A stretch of DNA of 48,093 nucleotides. Source: Candidatus Methylomirabilota bacterium (lineage in GTDB: Bacteria; Methylomirabilota; Methylomirabilia; Rokubacteriales; CSP1-6). The stretch lies in assembly GCA_046728035.1 (NCBI GenBank), contig JBKPDT010000160.1:1-48093 (forward strand), in the 5' to 3' direction. Below, piece by piece: positions 26,122-33,833 of this stretch. The notes beneath the pieces are model-generated. The model saw only the letters and a list, made by a program, of their open reading frames with translations. It had not been told where the DNA came from and did no database searches. Every line of letters begins with the position of its first letter. Within the stretch, counting starts at the first letter, position 1. Position numbers and translations under genes: made by a program.

Positions 26122-27239
26122 GAGCGGAAGACCACCAGAGGGTCCACACTCAGCGCCTTGCGGACCGACACCACCGAGGCGGTGGCGCACATGGCGACGG
26201 TGAGGCCGAACACGGCGACCATCAACCCGAACGGGATCACGAGGATCGTCCCCGTCGCGCCGAGGAGACGCACCGAAAGGAGAGTGAGAGCGAGCCCGAT
26301 CGCGTACCCGATCAGCGCGTTGATGAGGGCCTGCTTGAGGATGATCAGATAGACGTCGCGGTTGGTAGCGCCGATCGCCTTGAGTGTCCCGAACTCCCGC
26401 AGGTGCTCGATGGTGGCACTGTAGATCGTTTGACTCACGATGACCACCCCCACGATGACGGCCATGAGAGCGGTGAGCCCGAAGCCGACCCCGATCCCCG
26501 TCTCCCAGGTCCAGTAGAGTCTCGTCTTCCACGAGTACTGGTCCCGGGTGTACACGTCCACGTCGCGGATTTCCCGGAGCCGCGCCGCCACCTCTTGCGG
26601 ATCGGAGCCAGGCGTGACGCGCACCACGATGAAGGCCGTCCGGTCTCGCGCGAAGGGGTCCAGGATCTGGGCGGTGCGGTACGACGTGAACACGTACGGG
26701 GCCGTCGTCAGGCCGCGCACCCCCTGGCTGATTCCGGCCACCCGCACCCGTTGCTCGTTGATCTCCACCTGGTCACCCACGCGAAGGACGCCGAGCTTTG
26801 GATAGGCCGACTCATCCACGATGATGGTCTTGCTGGCCTTCATCGACTGGAAGTCGCCGACGAGGAGACGCCAGGGACCGCCGACACCGGTCTCCGGGTT
26901 GAACCCGACCAGCGCGATATTCTCCTGGCCGCCATCCTTCCGTCGCATGTGCCCCCAGACGAGCAGGAGGGTGTCGGCCCACACGACTCCGGGCGTTTGT
27001 CGGACCTTGTTCAGCTTGCGTTCGGTGAAAGGCACCGCGAAGTCGAAGTTGGATGAGTTCTTCGAGGTCACCCAGATGTCGGCCAGGGTATTGTCGATGA
27101 TGATGGAGGCGTTCTCCATGAAGCCCAGGTAGATGCCGAACTGCGAAAAGATCAGAACGACCGAGAACGTGACCCCCACCAAGGTAATGATGAACCGCGT
27201 TCGATCGTGGAAGAGGTTTTTACGGGCGATGTCGACCAT
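26118..27239 (-). CDS. ABC transporter permease, FtsX/MacB type
   Basis: ATG 27239 ('MVDIARKNLFHDRTRFIITLVGVTFSVVLI'). Has TM1, a large periplasmic domain and a C-terminal 3-TM FtsX bundle ('TLKAIGATNRDVYLIILKQALINALIG'). The track ORF 26118-30506 continues upstream only as an Arg/Gly/Pro-rich artefact. Confidence 0.85.
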   Translation of the reverse strand: MVDIARKNLFHDRTRFIITLVGVTFSVVLIFSQFGIYLGFMENASIIIDNTLADIWVTSKNSSNFDFAVPFTERKLNKVRQTPGVVWADTLLLVWGHMRRKDGGQENIALVGFNPETGVGGPWRLLVGDFQSMKASKTIIVDESAYPKLGVLRVGDQVEINEQRVRVAGISQGVRGLTTAPYVFTSYRTAQILDPFARDRTAFIVVRVTPGSDPQEVAARLREIRDVDVYTRDQYSWKTRLYWTWETGIGVGFGLTALMAVIVGVVIVSQTIYSATIEHLREFGTLKAIGATNRDVYLIILKQALINALIGYAIGLALTLLSVRLLGATGTILVIPFGLMVAVFGLTVAMCATASVVSVRKALSVDPLVVFRS

Positions 27240-27265
27240 CTGGAGTCCCGAAGGCCGGCGCGGGC

Positions 27266-30200
27266 CTAACCGCCCAGCTCCTTGATGCGGTCGGCGATCT
27301 TCTCCGACTGAGCGAGCTTGGGATCGAGTTGCGCCGCCCGCCGGAGCGAGGACACTGCGTCGTTCTTCTTGCCAAGCTTCGAATACGTCATGCCGAGGTG
27401 ATACTGGACCTGCGCGTTGTTGGGGGCTCGCTCGAGCGCGCGATTGAGCGCCTTCTCCGCCTCGACGTAGGAGCCTCGCCGGTAGTGAACCCAGCCCAGG
27501 GTGTCGGCCACCTCGTACGACCGCGGCGCCAACTGGTCCGCCTTCGCGACCAACGTCAAGGCCTCGTCCGGCCGATTCTTTGCCTCCAGCAGGATCCAGG
27601 CCAGGTTGTTCAGGGTGACTACGTCGTTCGCGTTCAGCGCCAGCACCTTGCGGTACGACTCGATCGCGCGATCTGTCTGCCCCTGAGCCTCCAGCGCCTG
27701 GGCGATGCCGCGATGAGCACCGGGCAGATCCGGACTGATGCGGACGGCCGCCGAGAACGCGTCTCCGGCGCCCCGGTAGTCCTTCCGCGCGAGAAGCACC
27801 GCCCCCTTGAGCATGACGGGCTGGGGGCTCTTCGGGAACGCCTTCTCCAGCTCTTCCGCGATCCGCGCCGCGTCGGCAAGCCTGCCCAGCTGGGCGTAGA
27901 GGCTCCCCACCTCGAACTTGACGTCGGGCAGCGCCGGGTTGACGCGGAGCGCGGCCTCGAGGTGCCGGAGCCCTTCCTCGCGCTGCCCCTGGCTGATCAG
28001 ATAGCGCCCGAGCCCGGCGTTGGCCTCCATGCTCTTCGGATTCCCGCGCAGGGCCGCCCGCAGATAGACCGCCGCGTCGTCGGCCTTCCCCTGGCGCAGC
28101 CGGATGCGGGCCATCTGGAGATTCGCCTCGAGGTGAGTCGGAGCCTGGTCGAGGATGGCCTTCAGATGCGACTCCGCCCCCGCCACGTCGCCGGAGTTCA
28201 GGAGCGCGATCGCGAGCGCCTCCCGAAGGGCGGCGCTCTTCGGAGCCTTCTCCACTGCCGCGCGGAGCGACGCGATGCGCTTCCCCAGCTCGGCTGGATC
28301 CGGCTTCTGCCCGGACAGGGCGGCGAGGTCCCGCTTGGCCGCGGCGAGCCCGGGATTCAGCTTGAGCGCCTCGCGGTAGGCCGCCTGCGCCTCGGGCACC
28401 CGCCCCAGGGTGGCATAGCTCTGGCCGAGCAGGTAGTGGGCGGTGGCGTCCTTGGGGGCGGCACGGACGAACGCGGTCAGCTCCTTGACAGCGGAGTGCC
28501 CGTCGCGCTTGCCGAGGTACGCGCGTGCGCGGATGAGCGCGGCCCCCGTGAGCTCCGGACTCTGGGTCAGGATCTGCGTCGCGCGCGCGAGGGCATCGTC
28601 GTATCGGCCGGTGCGGAGGTAAAGCTCGGCGAGCTCCAGGGCCAGCGCGGGTTGCCCCGGCGCGACCTTCAGCGAGCCTTCGACGGTCGCGATGGCTTGC
28701 TCGTACCGTCCCGAACGCTCGGCGAGGCCGGTCTGGAGCAGCACCGCCGTGGGATGATCGGGGCGATCCTTCAGCACCGCCTGGAGGTGACCGACCGCCT
28801 CCTCGTCTTTGCCCTGGATCAGCGCGACGCGGGCGAGCCCCAGGCGCGGCTCCGGCGCCTTCGGGGTCAGCTTGAGCGCCTGGTGGTAGACGTCCTTCGC
28901 CTTCTCGAACTGTCGATCCAGGATGAAGAGCGTCGCGAGCATCGACTGAAAGCCGGAGACCGTGGGCTCCGCCTTGGCGGTGGCCTCCGCGAACTGGATG
29001 GCCTCCTTGATCTTCTTCTGCTTCACGAGCGCGGCGATCTTGGCGCGCGCCGCCGCCACCGATTTCGGATCCGCCTTCACCGCCTCGTCGAATTCCTTGA
29101 TCGCGCCCGCGAGGTCGTCCTCGGCGGCCCGAAGCCGGCCCATCGCGACGTGGGCGGCGGCAAAGGTCGCGTCGACTTCCGCCGCCTTCGCGTAGTGCTC
29201 GTGCGCGGCCTTCGCATTCCCTTGCTTGGCGCGAATCTGCCCCATCAGCAGGTAGGCCTGGGGCGACCGCGGGTCGAGCGCCGCGGCGGCTCCGGCGGAC
29301 TTGAAGGCATCGTCGAGCCGGCCCGTCACGAAAAGCGCCCGGCCCCTCTCCAGGTGGAACAGGGGGACTTTCTCGAGCGGCTTGGCCATGCCGTCGAGGA
29401 GGGCGAGCGACTCCCGGACGCGCCCCGCCCGGGAGTAGGCCTGGGCCAGATAGAACTGCGCGGCGCCGTCGCGAGGCTCCTGCCTGCGCAGCTCCTCGAG
29501 ATGCGTGATCGCGAGCTGGGGGCGATTGCCAGCGAGGTAGGCGCGGGCGAGGAGGAACCGGGCGGGGCGGTAGTTGGGCGCGCGCTCGACGATCGCGACC
29601 AGCAGAGCGCTGGCATTGGCCGGCTGGCCTGCCTGCAGGTAGTAGCTGGACAGCGCGAGGATCAGCCGCGGGGTGCGCGCGCGCACCTCGACCGACTCGA
29701 GGATCTTGATGGCTGCGGCCATCTGACCTTGCCCCGCGGCGGCCGCGGCGAGTCCGAGCGGAATCTCGCTGTTGGCGGGCTGAACGCCCTTGGCCTGGCT
29801 GAAGACCTTCTCCGCCTCCGCGAACTCGCGCCGCTGGAGATGGAACTTGCCGAGGCCGATCAGGCTCCGGACGTCCCTGGGGTTCTCCTTGACGGCCGCC
29901 CGGTACGCCTCTTCCGCCGCCGCCGTCTTCCCGAGCCGCGTCAGCGCCTGAGCGCGGAGCGGCGCGGTCTCCCCCGGAATGCTCTGCCCAGCCTGGTTGA
30001 CGCGGTCCAGGATCGCGAGCGCCTCCTCGGCCTTGCCCTCGCCCAACAGGGCGGCGGCCCGGATATGCAGGCCGACCGCGTTCTGCGGCTCGCGCGACAG
30101 GATGAGCGCGGCTTGCTTCTCGGCGTCCGCGAACAGTCCTCCCTCGACGAAGGCTCGTCCGAGGTCGCTCGCAATCGGGAGGGAGTCCGGCGCGCCCTTC

Positions 30201-30490
30201 TGCGCGCGGCTGAGCTCGCGGATGGCGTCTCCGTACCAGGCCTTCGCGGCGTAGGCGCGCCCCAGCGCGTGGAGCGCCGGCCCGTAGTCCTTGTCGATCT
30301 GCAGCGCGTTCCGCAGCTCGATGATCGCCTCGTTCGGCTTGCCGTCCGTGATGTAGCTCTCGGCGCGCTCCACCGCTTTCTGCTTCTTGGCCTCCGGGCT
30401 CTGGGTGCACGCGGCGCTTACCAGCGCGAGGGCGACCAGGAGGACCGCGACCAAACGGCTGGAGGAAAATGCGCCGGACTTCACGCGCAT
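27266..30490 (-). CDS. prsT: PEP-CTERM system TPR-repeat lipoprotein PrsT
   Basis: ATG 30490 ('MRVKSGAFSSSRLVAVLLVALALVSAAC', a lipoprotein-type signal). More than 1000 aa of back-to-back 34-residue TPR units ('AL..LG.AY...G....AI..Y..AL.L.P'). Confidence 0.75.
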   Translation of the reverse strand: MRVKSGAFSSSRLVAVLLVALALVSAACTQSPEAKKQKAVERAESYITDGKPNEAIIELRNALQIDKDYGPALHALGRAYAAKAWYGDAIRELSRAQKGAPDSLPIASDLGRAFVEGGLFADAEKQAALILSREPQNAVGLHIRAAALLGEGKAEEALAILDRVNQAGQSIPGETAPLRAQALTRLGKTAAAEEAYRAAVKENPRDVRSLIGLGKFHLQRREFAEAEKVFSQAKGVQPANSEIPLGLAAAAAGQGQMAAAIKILESVEVRARTPRLILALSSYYLQAGQPANASALLVAIVERAPNYRPARFLLARAYLAGNRPQLAITHLEELRRQEPRDGAAQFYLAQAYSRAGRVRESLALLDGMAKPLEKVPLFHLERGRALFVTGRLDDAFKSAGAAAALDPRSPQAYLLMGQIRAKQGNAKAAHEHYAKAAEVDATFAAAHVAMGRLRAAEDDLAGAIKEFDEAVKADPKSVAAARAKIAALVKQKKIKEAIQFAEATAKAEPTVSGFQSMLATLFILDRQFEKAKDVYHQALKLTPKAPEPRLGLARVALIQGKDEEAVGHLQAVLKDRPDHPTAVLLQTGLAERSGRYEQAIATVEGSLKVAPGQPALALELAELYLRTGRYDDALARATQILTQSPELTGAALIRARAYLGKRDGHSAVKELTAFVRAAPKDATAHYLLGQSYATLGRVPEAQAAYREALKLNPGLAAAKRDLAALSGQKPDPAELGKRIASLRAAVEKAPKSAALREALAIALLNSGDVAGAESHLKAILDQAPTHLEANLQMARIRLRQGKADDAAVYLRAALRGNPKSMEANAGLGRYLISQGQREEGLRHLEAALRVNPALPDVKFEVGSLYAQLGRLADAARIAEELEKAFPKSPQPVMLKGAVLLARKDYRGAGDAFSAAVRISPDLPGAHRGIAQALEAQGQTDRAIESYRKVLALNANDVVTLNNLAWILLEAKNRPDEALTLVAKADQLAPRSYEVADTLGWVHYRRGSYVEAEKALNRALERAPNNAQVQYHLGMTYSKLGKKNDAVSSLRRAAQLDPKLAQSEKIADRIKELGG

Positions 30491-30671
30491 GAGCACCTGT
30501 CCACAAGAGGTGGGCACAAAGAAAACATTATCACGAGATGATGTTATAGCGCGCGGGCGCTGGCGGGGCCGGACCTGCCTATTCCATGCAAATCTTGCGT
30601 CATTAGCCCATTTCCGGCGATGATCGGCGGGTCGGCGGCCCCGAACTCGACGGGGCCCGGCAGACCCCGCC

Positions 30672-30875
30672 ATGACCAGCGCGGACAACGGGAGCAGGAT
30701 CAACCTCATCATGAGTGGGGGCGGGGTGCGCCTGTCCGCCTACATGGGCGCGCTGGCCGCCTTCCGCATCCAGGCGAACCGCGTGCAGACGCTCCCGATG
30801 AACCTGAGCCGCGCTGACAAGGAGTACCCGGACGCCTCCGGCCCGCCCCCGTCCCCGGAGACCACTGAGACCTGA
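30672..30875 (+). pseudogene. Possible remnant of a patatin-like phospholipase N-terminus
   Basis: Only 'INLIMSGGGVRLSAYMGALAAF' resembles the patatin oxyanion GGGxR/KG segment. The ORF then runs into low-complexity sequence and stops, and no GxSxG follows. Weak. Confidence 0.2.
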
Positions 30876-31120
30876 TCAATGAACCCCCTTGATGCCCCGG
30901 ATCCGCCCGAGTGGCCCTGGTACGTTGACCCGATGTTCTTGATCGCGGTCCTCATCATCGCGGTGGCGGTGTGGTGGGTGTGGTCGGGGCGAGCTCCGCA
31001 TTGAGGGCTCTCCGGGATTCCGCCGGCCCGCTGCCAGATCTTCATGGCCAAGTCCAGTTCCTCATGCGTGCACCCCCTCCTCGGATGTCACTCTTATGCG
31101 CCTTACCCCCTTCAGCTCGG

Positions 31121-31567
31121 TCAGCCATGGGCGCGGGACGCGTTCAACGTCACGGCGGCGCGAATAAGAGCCTTCATTGCCGCCTCGTCAATCTTCTCGC
31201 CCTCGTGGAAGTCGATGGCACGCCTGGTGTTGCCATCGAGGCTGGAGTTGAAGAGGCCTGATGGGTCCTCAAGTGCGGCACCCTTGGAAAAGGTCATCTT
31301 CACGACGTTCTTGTACGTCTCGCCGGTGCAGATCAATCCGTCGTGAGACCACACCGGAACCCCTCTTCACTTCCACTCCTCGACCACCTCGGGGTCGGCT
31401 TGCTTGATCAATGCCCGGAGCCGGGAGAGCATCTTGCCCCGCCAGTCGCCCAGCTCCTTGATCCTCTCGTCTATCATCCGAGATGGAGACTTTCCTTTCT
31501 GAGACCCGCTTTTCTTCATGATGTTTTCTCTCTCGGCCTGTGGCTGGACTGTGGCTATTTCCCTCAC
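31121..31567 (-). pseudogene. DUF1801 (YdhG-like) domain gene interrupted by one in-frame TGA
   Basis: The two track ORFs (31367-31567 and 31121-31354) are in the same frame. Read through, the sequence is '...ADPEVVEEWK*RGVPVWSHDGLICTGETYKNVVKMTFSKGAALEDPSGLFNSSLDGNTRRAIDFHEG...', with the TGA at 31367-31369. Confidence 0.65.
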
Positions 31568-31604
31568 CGTGGCTTACTCTGGCTCACGACAGCCACGATG
31601 AACG

Positions 31605-31636
31605 AAACCCGGAGGGCCGTCTAACCCCCCGGGTTT
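31605..31636 (-). terminator. Strong hairpin downstream of tRNA-Val (intrinsic-terminator-like, A-tract/U-tract flanked)
   Basis: The minus strand reads AAACCCGGGGGG-TTAGACGG-CCCTCCGGGTTT: a 12-bp stem (one G-U pair) and an 8-nt loop, with the 3' UUU followed by CGUU. It starts 11 nt past the tRNA 3' end. Confidence 0.5.
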
Positions 31637-31647
31637 CCTGAGTTCGA

Positions 31648-31723
31648 TGGTGGACGATACTGGACTTGAACCAGTGACCCCCGGCATGTGAGGCCGGTGC
31701 TCTGCCAACTGAGCTAATCGTCC
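31648..31723 (-). tRNA. tRNA-Val (anticodon CAC), CCA encoded
   Basis: The reverse complement GGACGATTAGCTCAGTTGGCAGAGCACCGGCCTCACATGCCGGGGGTCACTGGTTCAAGTCCAGTATCGTCCACCA folds as a perfect cloverleaf. Acceptor is GGACGAT/ATCGTCC, D stem GCTC/GAGC, anticodon stem CCGGC/GCCGG with loop CTCACAT, and T arm ACTGG-TTCAAGT-CCAGT. Confidence 0.9.
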
Positions 31724-31793
31724 GTGTCCGGGATATTAAGCCCTTGGCCGGAGGGTTTCAAGCCGCCGCCTGGTCGGAGCCTTTTGGTCCTAC

Positions 31794-32843
31794 GTGGCTC
31801 ACTCAAGCGAAAGCGGGGGACGAGCCGCTGCAAGCAAGCTGACCGTGTCGTCCGCCGTCCGCGCCGCCGATCGCGTCTATCATGCGCTCTATCGCCGCGT
31901 GCTCGCGCGCCTCCCCGAGCGCGTCGCCATCCCGCTCGGCCAGTGGGCGCTGCGGATTCTGCCCCTCGAGCGGCTCTCCCTCTTCCGCAACGACGATCCC
32001 CGCTTGGCCATCACACTCGGCGGCGTGCGGCTGCCCAACCCGCTCATCCTCTCGTCGATGTACTACGACACCGCCATCCTCCGCCGCGCGATGGGGCTCG
32101 GCTTCGGCGCGGTGACGGCCAAGAGCATCACGGCGCGCCCGCGCCCCGGGCATCCGCCGCCGAACCTCGTGCGCCTGGATTCGCCTGCCGGTCCCGGTCT
32201 CGTCAACTGCAACGGCTTCCACAATCCCGGGCTGAAGGCGTACCGGCGGGCGCTCGCCCGCCTGCCCCATCGCGTCCCCCTCATCGTGGCCGCCGCCGGC
32301 GAGTCCATCGACGAGTACGTGGAGGTGGTGGCCGGGCTCGAGGCGTTCGGCGATCTCGTGGAGATCAACATCTCCTCGCCCAACACCCGCCTCGTCTACG
32401 AGTGGTCGCAGAAGCCGTCCGACCTCCGGCGCCTCTTCACCGCCGTGCGTGGGGCCACCGCCAAGCCGGTGATCGTGAAGATCTCCCCCGACTTCCACGA
32501 GGAGAACCTGCGTTCCATCGTGCCGGCGGCTCTGGCGGCGGGCATCGGCATCGTCAACTACGGCAATACGCGCCGGATCGAAGAGCCCCGTCTCTCGCAG
32601 CGCGCGGGCGGACTTTCCGGGCCCGCGATCCTGCCTGCCATGCTCGACAACGTGCGCGCGCTCCGCGCGCGGTTCGGCGACGCGCTCGAGATCATCGCCA
32701 CCGGCGGCATCCACTCGCCTGAATCGGCGCGCCAGGCGCTGGCCGCCGGCGCCAACGCTTGCGGCTACTTCACCGCTTTCGTCACGGAAGGCCCGCTCCT
32801 GGCTCGCCGGATCCTCGATGGCCTCGCGGCGGCCCGGAAATAG
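31794..32843 (+). CDS. pyrD: Dihydroorotate dehydrogenase (class 2-like, FMN TIM barrel) family protein
   Basis: Has 'GFGAVTAKSIT', 'VNCNGFHNPG', 'EINISSPNT' (Ser catalytic-base position), 'PVIVKISPD', 'GGLSGPAI' and 'IATGGIHSPESARQALAAGANA'. The start is uncertain (GTG 31794 or a downstream GTG). The loop after SSPNT ('RLVYEW') differs from the usual 'PGLR'. Confidence 0.6.
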   Translation: MAHSSESGGRAAASKLTVSSAVRAADRVYHALYRRVLARLPERVAIPLGQWALRILPLERLSLFRNDDPRLAITLGGVRLPNPLILSSMYYDTAILRRAMGLGFGAVTAKSITARPRPGHPPPNLVRLDSPAGPGLVNCNGFHNPGLKAYRRALARLPHRVPLIVAAAGESIDEYVEVVAGLEAFGDLVEINISSPNTRLVYEWSQKPSDLRRLFTAVRGATAKPVIVKISPDFHEENLRSIVPAALAAGIGIVNYGNTRRIEEPRLSQRAGGLSGPAILPAMLDNVRALRARFGDALEIIATGGIHSPESARQALAAGANACGYFTAFVTEGPLLARRILDGLAAARK

Positions 32844-32851
32844 TCCCCAGG

Positions 32852-32878
32852 TTATCCACTTATCCACATGCATCCACC
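32852..32878 (+). promoter_or_regulatory. Cluster of DnaA boxes: TTATCCACT (32852-32860), TTATCCACA (32860-32868, perfect), weaker GCATCCACC (32870-32878)
   Basis: Direct reading of 'gTTATCCACTTATCCACAtGCATCCACc' 9 nt after the pyrD-like stop. It matches the 9-mer DnaA box consensus TTATNCACA at 8/9, 9/9 and 6/9. All three are in the same orientation with 8-10 nt spacing. Confidence 0.4.
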
Positions 32879-33040
32879 GTCGCGGAAATAGGACGATTTG
32901 ACGCGGTTCCGCGGGCGCTACGCAAGAATGTGACGCTCCGACCGTCCACCGGCCCGGGGCAAGCGAGTGGAGCCAGCATTGACGCAGGTCCCGGACGGCG
33001 AGTGCGCATGGAGGCCCATTTTCAGCGGCGAAACGAAGCC

Positions 33041-33069
33041 TTGACACGATGAGGCGCCCTTCCTAAGTT
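33041..33069 (+). promoter_or_regulatory. Candidate sigma-70 promoter: TTGACA - 17 nt - TAAGTT
   Basis: Perfect -35 hexamer at 33041-33046, an exact 17-nt spacer, and a -10 hexamer at 33064-33069 keeping T1, A2 and T6. It lies about 90 nt upstream of the small ORF at 33159. Confidence 0.3.
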
Positions 33070-33158
33070 GGTCCCCTGCGCGCGCGGCCTCGCCGTCAGA
33101 CTCAGGGGTCGCGCGCGACGGACGCTGCGGTGAACTCGTAGACGAGGGGACGGAAAGC

Positions 33159-33401
33159 ATGGAGGCCAGTCGGAAACCGCTCGCGAAGGTCGAGGGCAAG
33201 AAGCGCATGCGGCTGAGCGGGCTGACCGTCGCGTGGCGCGGCACTCCGAGCCTCGACGACTGGGTCGCCTACATCGTCAACGGGACGAAATCGAAGAAGC
33301 TGATCCTCGCGGATCACGCCTCCGAACGCAAGGTGAAGGGTCTCCTCGCGCGCATTCCGTTGATGACCAAGAAGGAAGTGGAGCGTCTAGCCAAGGGCTA
33401 G
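33159..33401 (+). CDS. Small basic hypothetical protein (80 aa)
   Basis: An ATG ORF with non-artefactual, Lys-rich composition ('KVEGKKRMRLSGLTVAWRG...NGTKSKKLILADHASERKVKGLL...KKEVERLAKG') in a lower-GC patch. I recognise no family. Its 3' end overlaps the convergent VOC gene by 15 nt. Confidence 0.4.
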   Translation: MEASRKPLAKVEGKKRMRLSGLTVAWRGTPSLDDWVAYIVNGTKSKKLILADHASERKVKGLLARIPLMTKKEVERLAKG

Positions 33402-33833
33402 CGGCTTCGTCTGCGCTACCGCCCCGGGGTTCGCCGCCCAGATCGCCGGGTCGCCATCCACGAAGAGCTCAACCATGTTGCCGTCGGGATCCTCGAGGTA
33501 GATCGACTGGCTGACCTCGTGGTCGCGCAGCTGGCGGATGGGCACCCCGTGTCGGTCGAGCACGGCCTTGGTTTCACGCAGCTCGTCCAGGCTGTCCCCC
33601 ACCTTGAGCGCCACATGGTAGAGCCCCACGGCATTCGGCGCGGGGGCCGGCGCGTCGGGCCCCACGGCGAGACAGGCGAGGTCGTGGTGGTTGCGGCCGG
33701 TCGCCGAGAAGAAGACCATCCGATCGCCGAGCCGGCCGACCTCCTTGAGCCCCAGTACTCCCGAGTAGAAGGCGGCGGACCGGTCGAGATCCCGCACCTT
33801 GAGCACCACATGCCCGACTCCGTGCACGTTCAT
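33387..33833 (-). CDS. VOC-family (glyoxalase / bleomycin resistance / extradiol dioxygenase fold) protein
   Basis: ATG 33833 overlaps the radC stop (ATGA). Has 'MNVHGVGHVVLKVRDLDRSAAFYSGVLGL', 'LYHVALKV' and 'SIYLEDPDGNMVELF'. Confidence 0.8.
   Translation of the reverse strand: MNVHGVGHVVLKVRDLDRSAAFYSGVLGLKEVGRLGDRMVFFSATGRNHHDLACLAVGPDAPAPAPNAVGLYHVALKVGDSLDELRETKAVLDRHGVPIRQLRDHEVSQSIYLEDPDGNMVELFVDGDPAIWAANPGAVAQTKPLALG

Noticed and set aside
27240-30506. Upstream 1090 codons of track ORF 26118-30506 (same strand as prsT, different frame)
   Set aside because: The sequence is Arg/Gly/Pro/Ala low-complexity with no domains. The real permease starts at ATG 27239 with a hydrophobic TM1, and prsT occupies the other frame with a coherent repeat architecture.
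27329-30541. 1070-aa plus-strand ORF covering the whole prsT region
   Set aside because: It is antisense to a gene with clear 34-residue TPR periodicity and a lipoprotein signal. Its translation is Arg/Gly/Leu/Glu-rich with no recognisable motif. It is a typical mirror-frame ORF of high-GC DNA.
30879-31004. 41-codon ORF encoding a single hydrophobic helix
   Set aside because: It has no RBS, it is below any reliable length threshold, and it lies in a decayed region. It is mentioned only as part of the tRNA-adjacent patch.
31367-31369. TGA in the DUF1801 gene as selenocysteine or a reassigned sense codon
   Set aside because: TGA is the routine stop throughout the window, including all ATGA overlaps. 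The homologous position is Trp as I recall, not Cys/Sec. I see no convincing SECIS-like hairpin immediately downstream.
32852-32878. Chromosomal replication origin (oriC)
   Set aside because: There are only two strong boxes and one weak one. No AT-rich unwinding element, no dnaA/dnaN/gidA-type neighbours and no additional boxes are visible in the flanking 300 nt.
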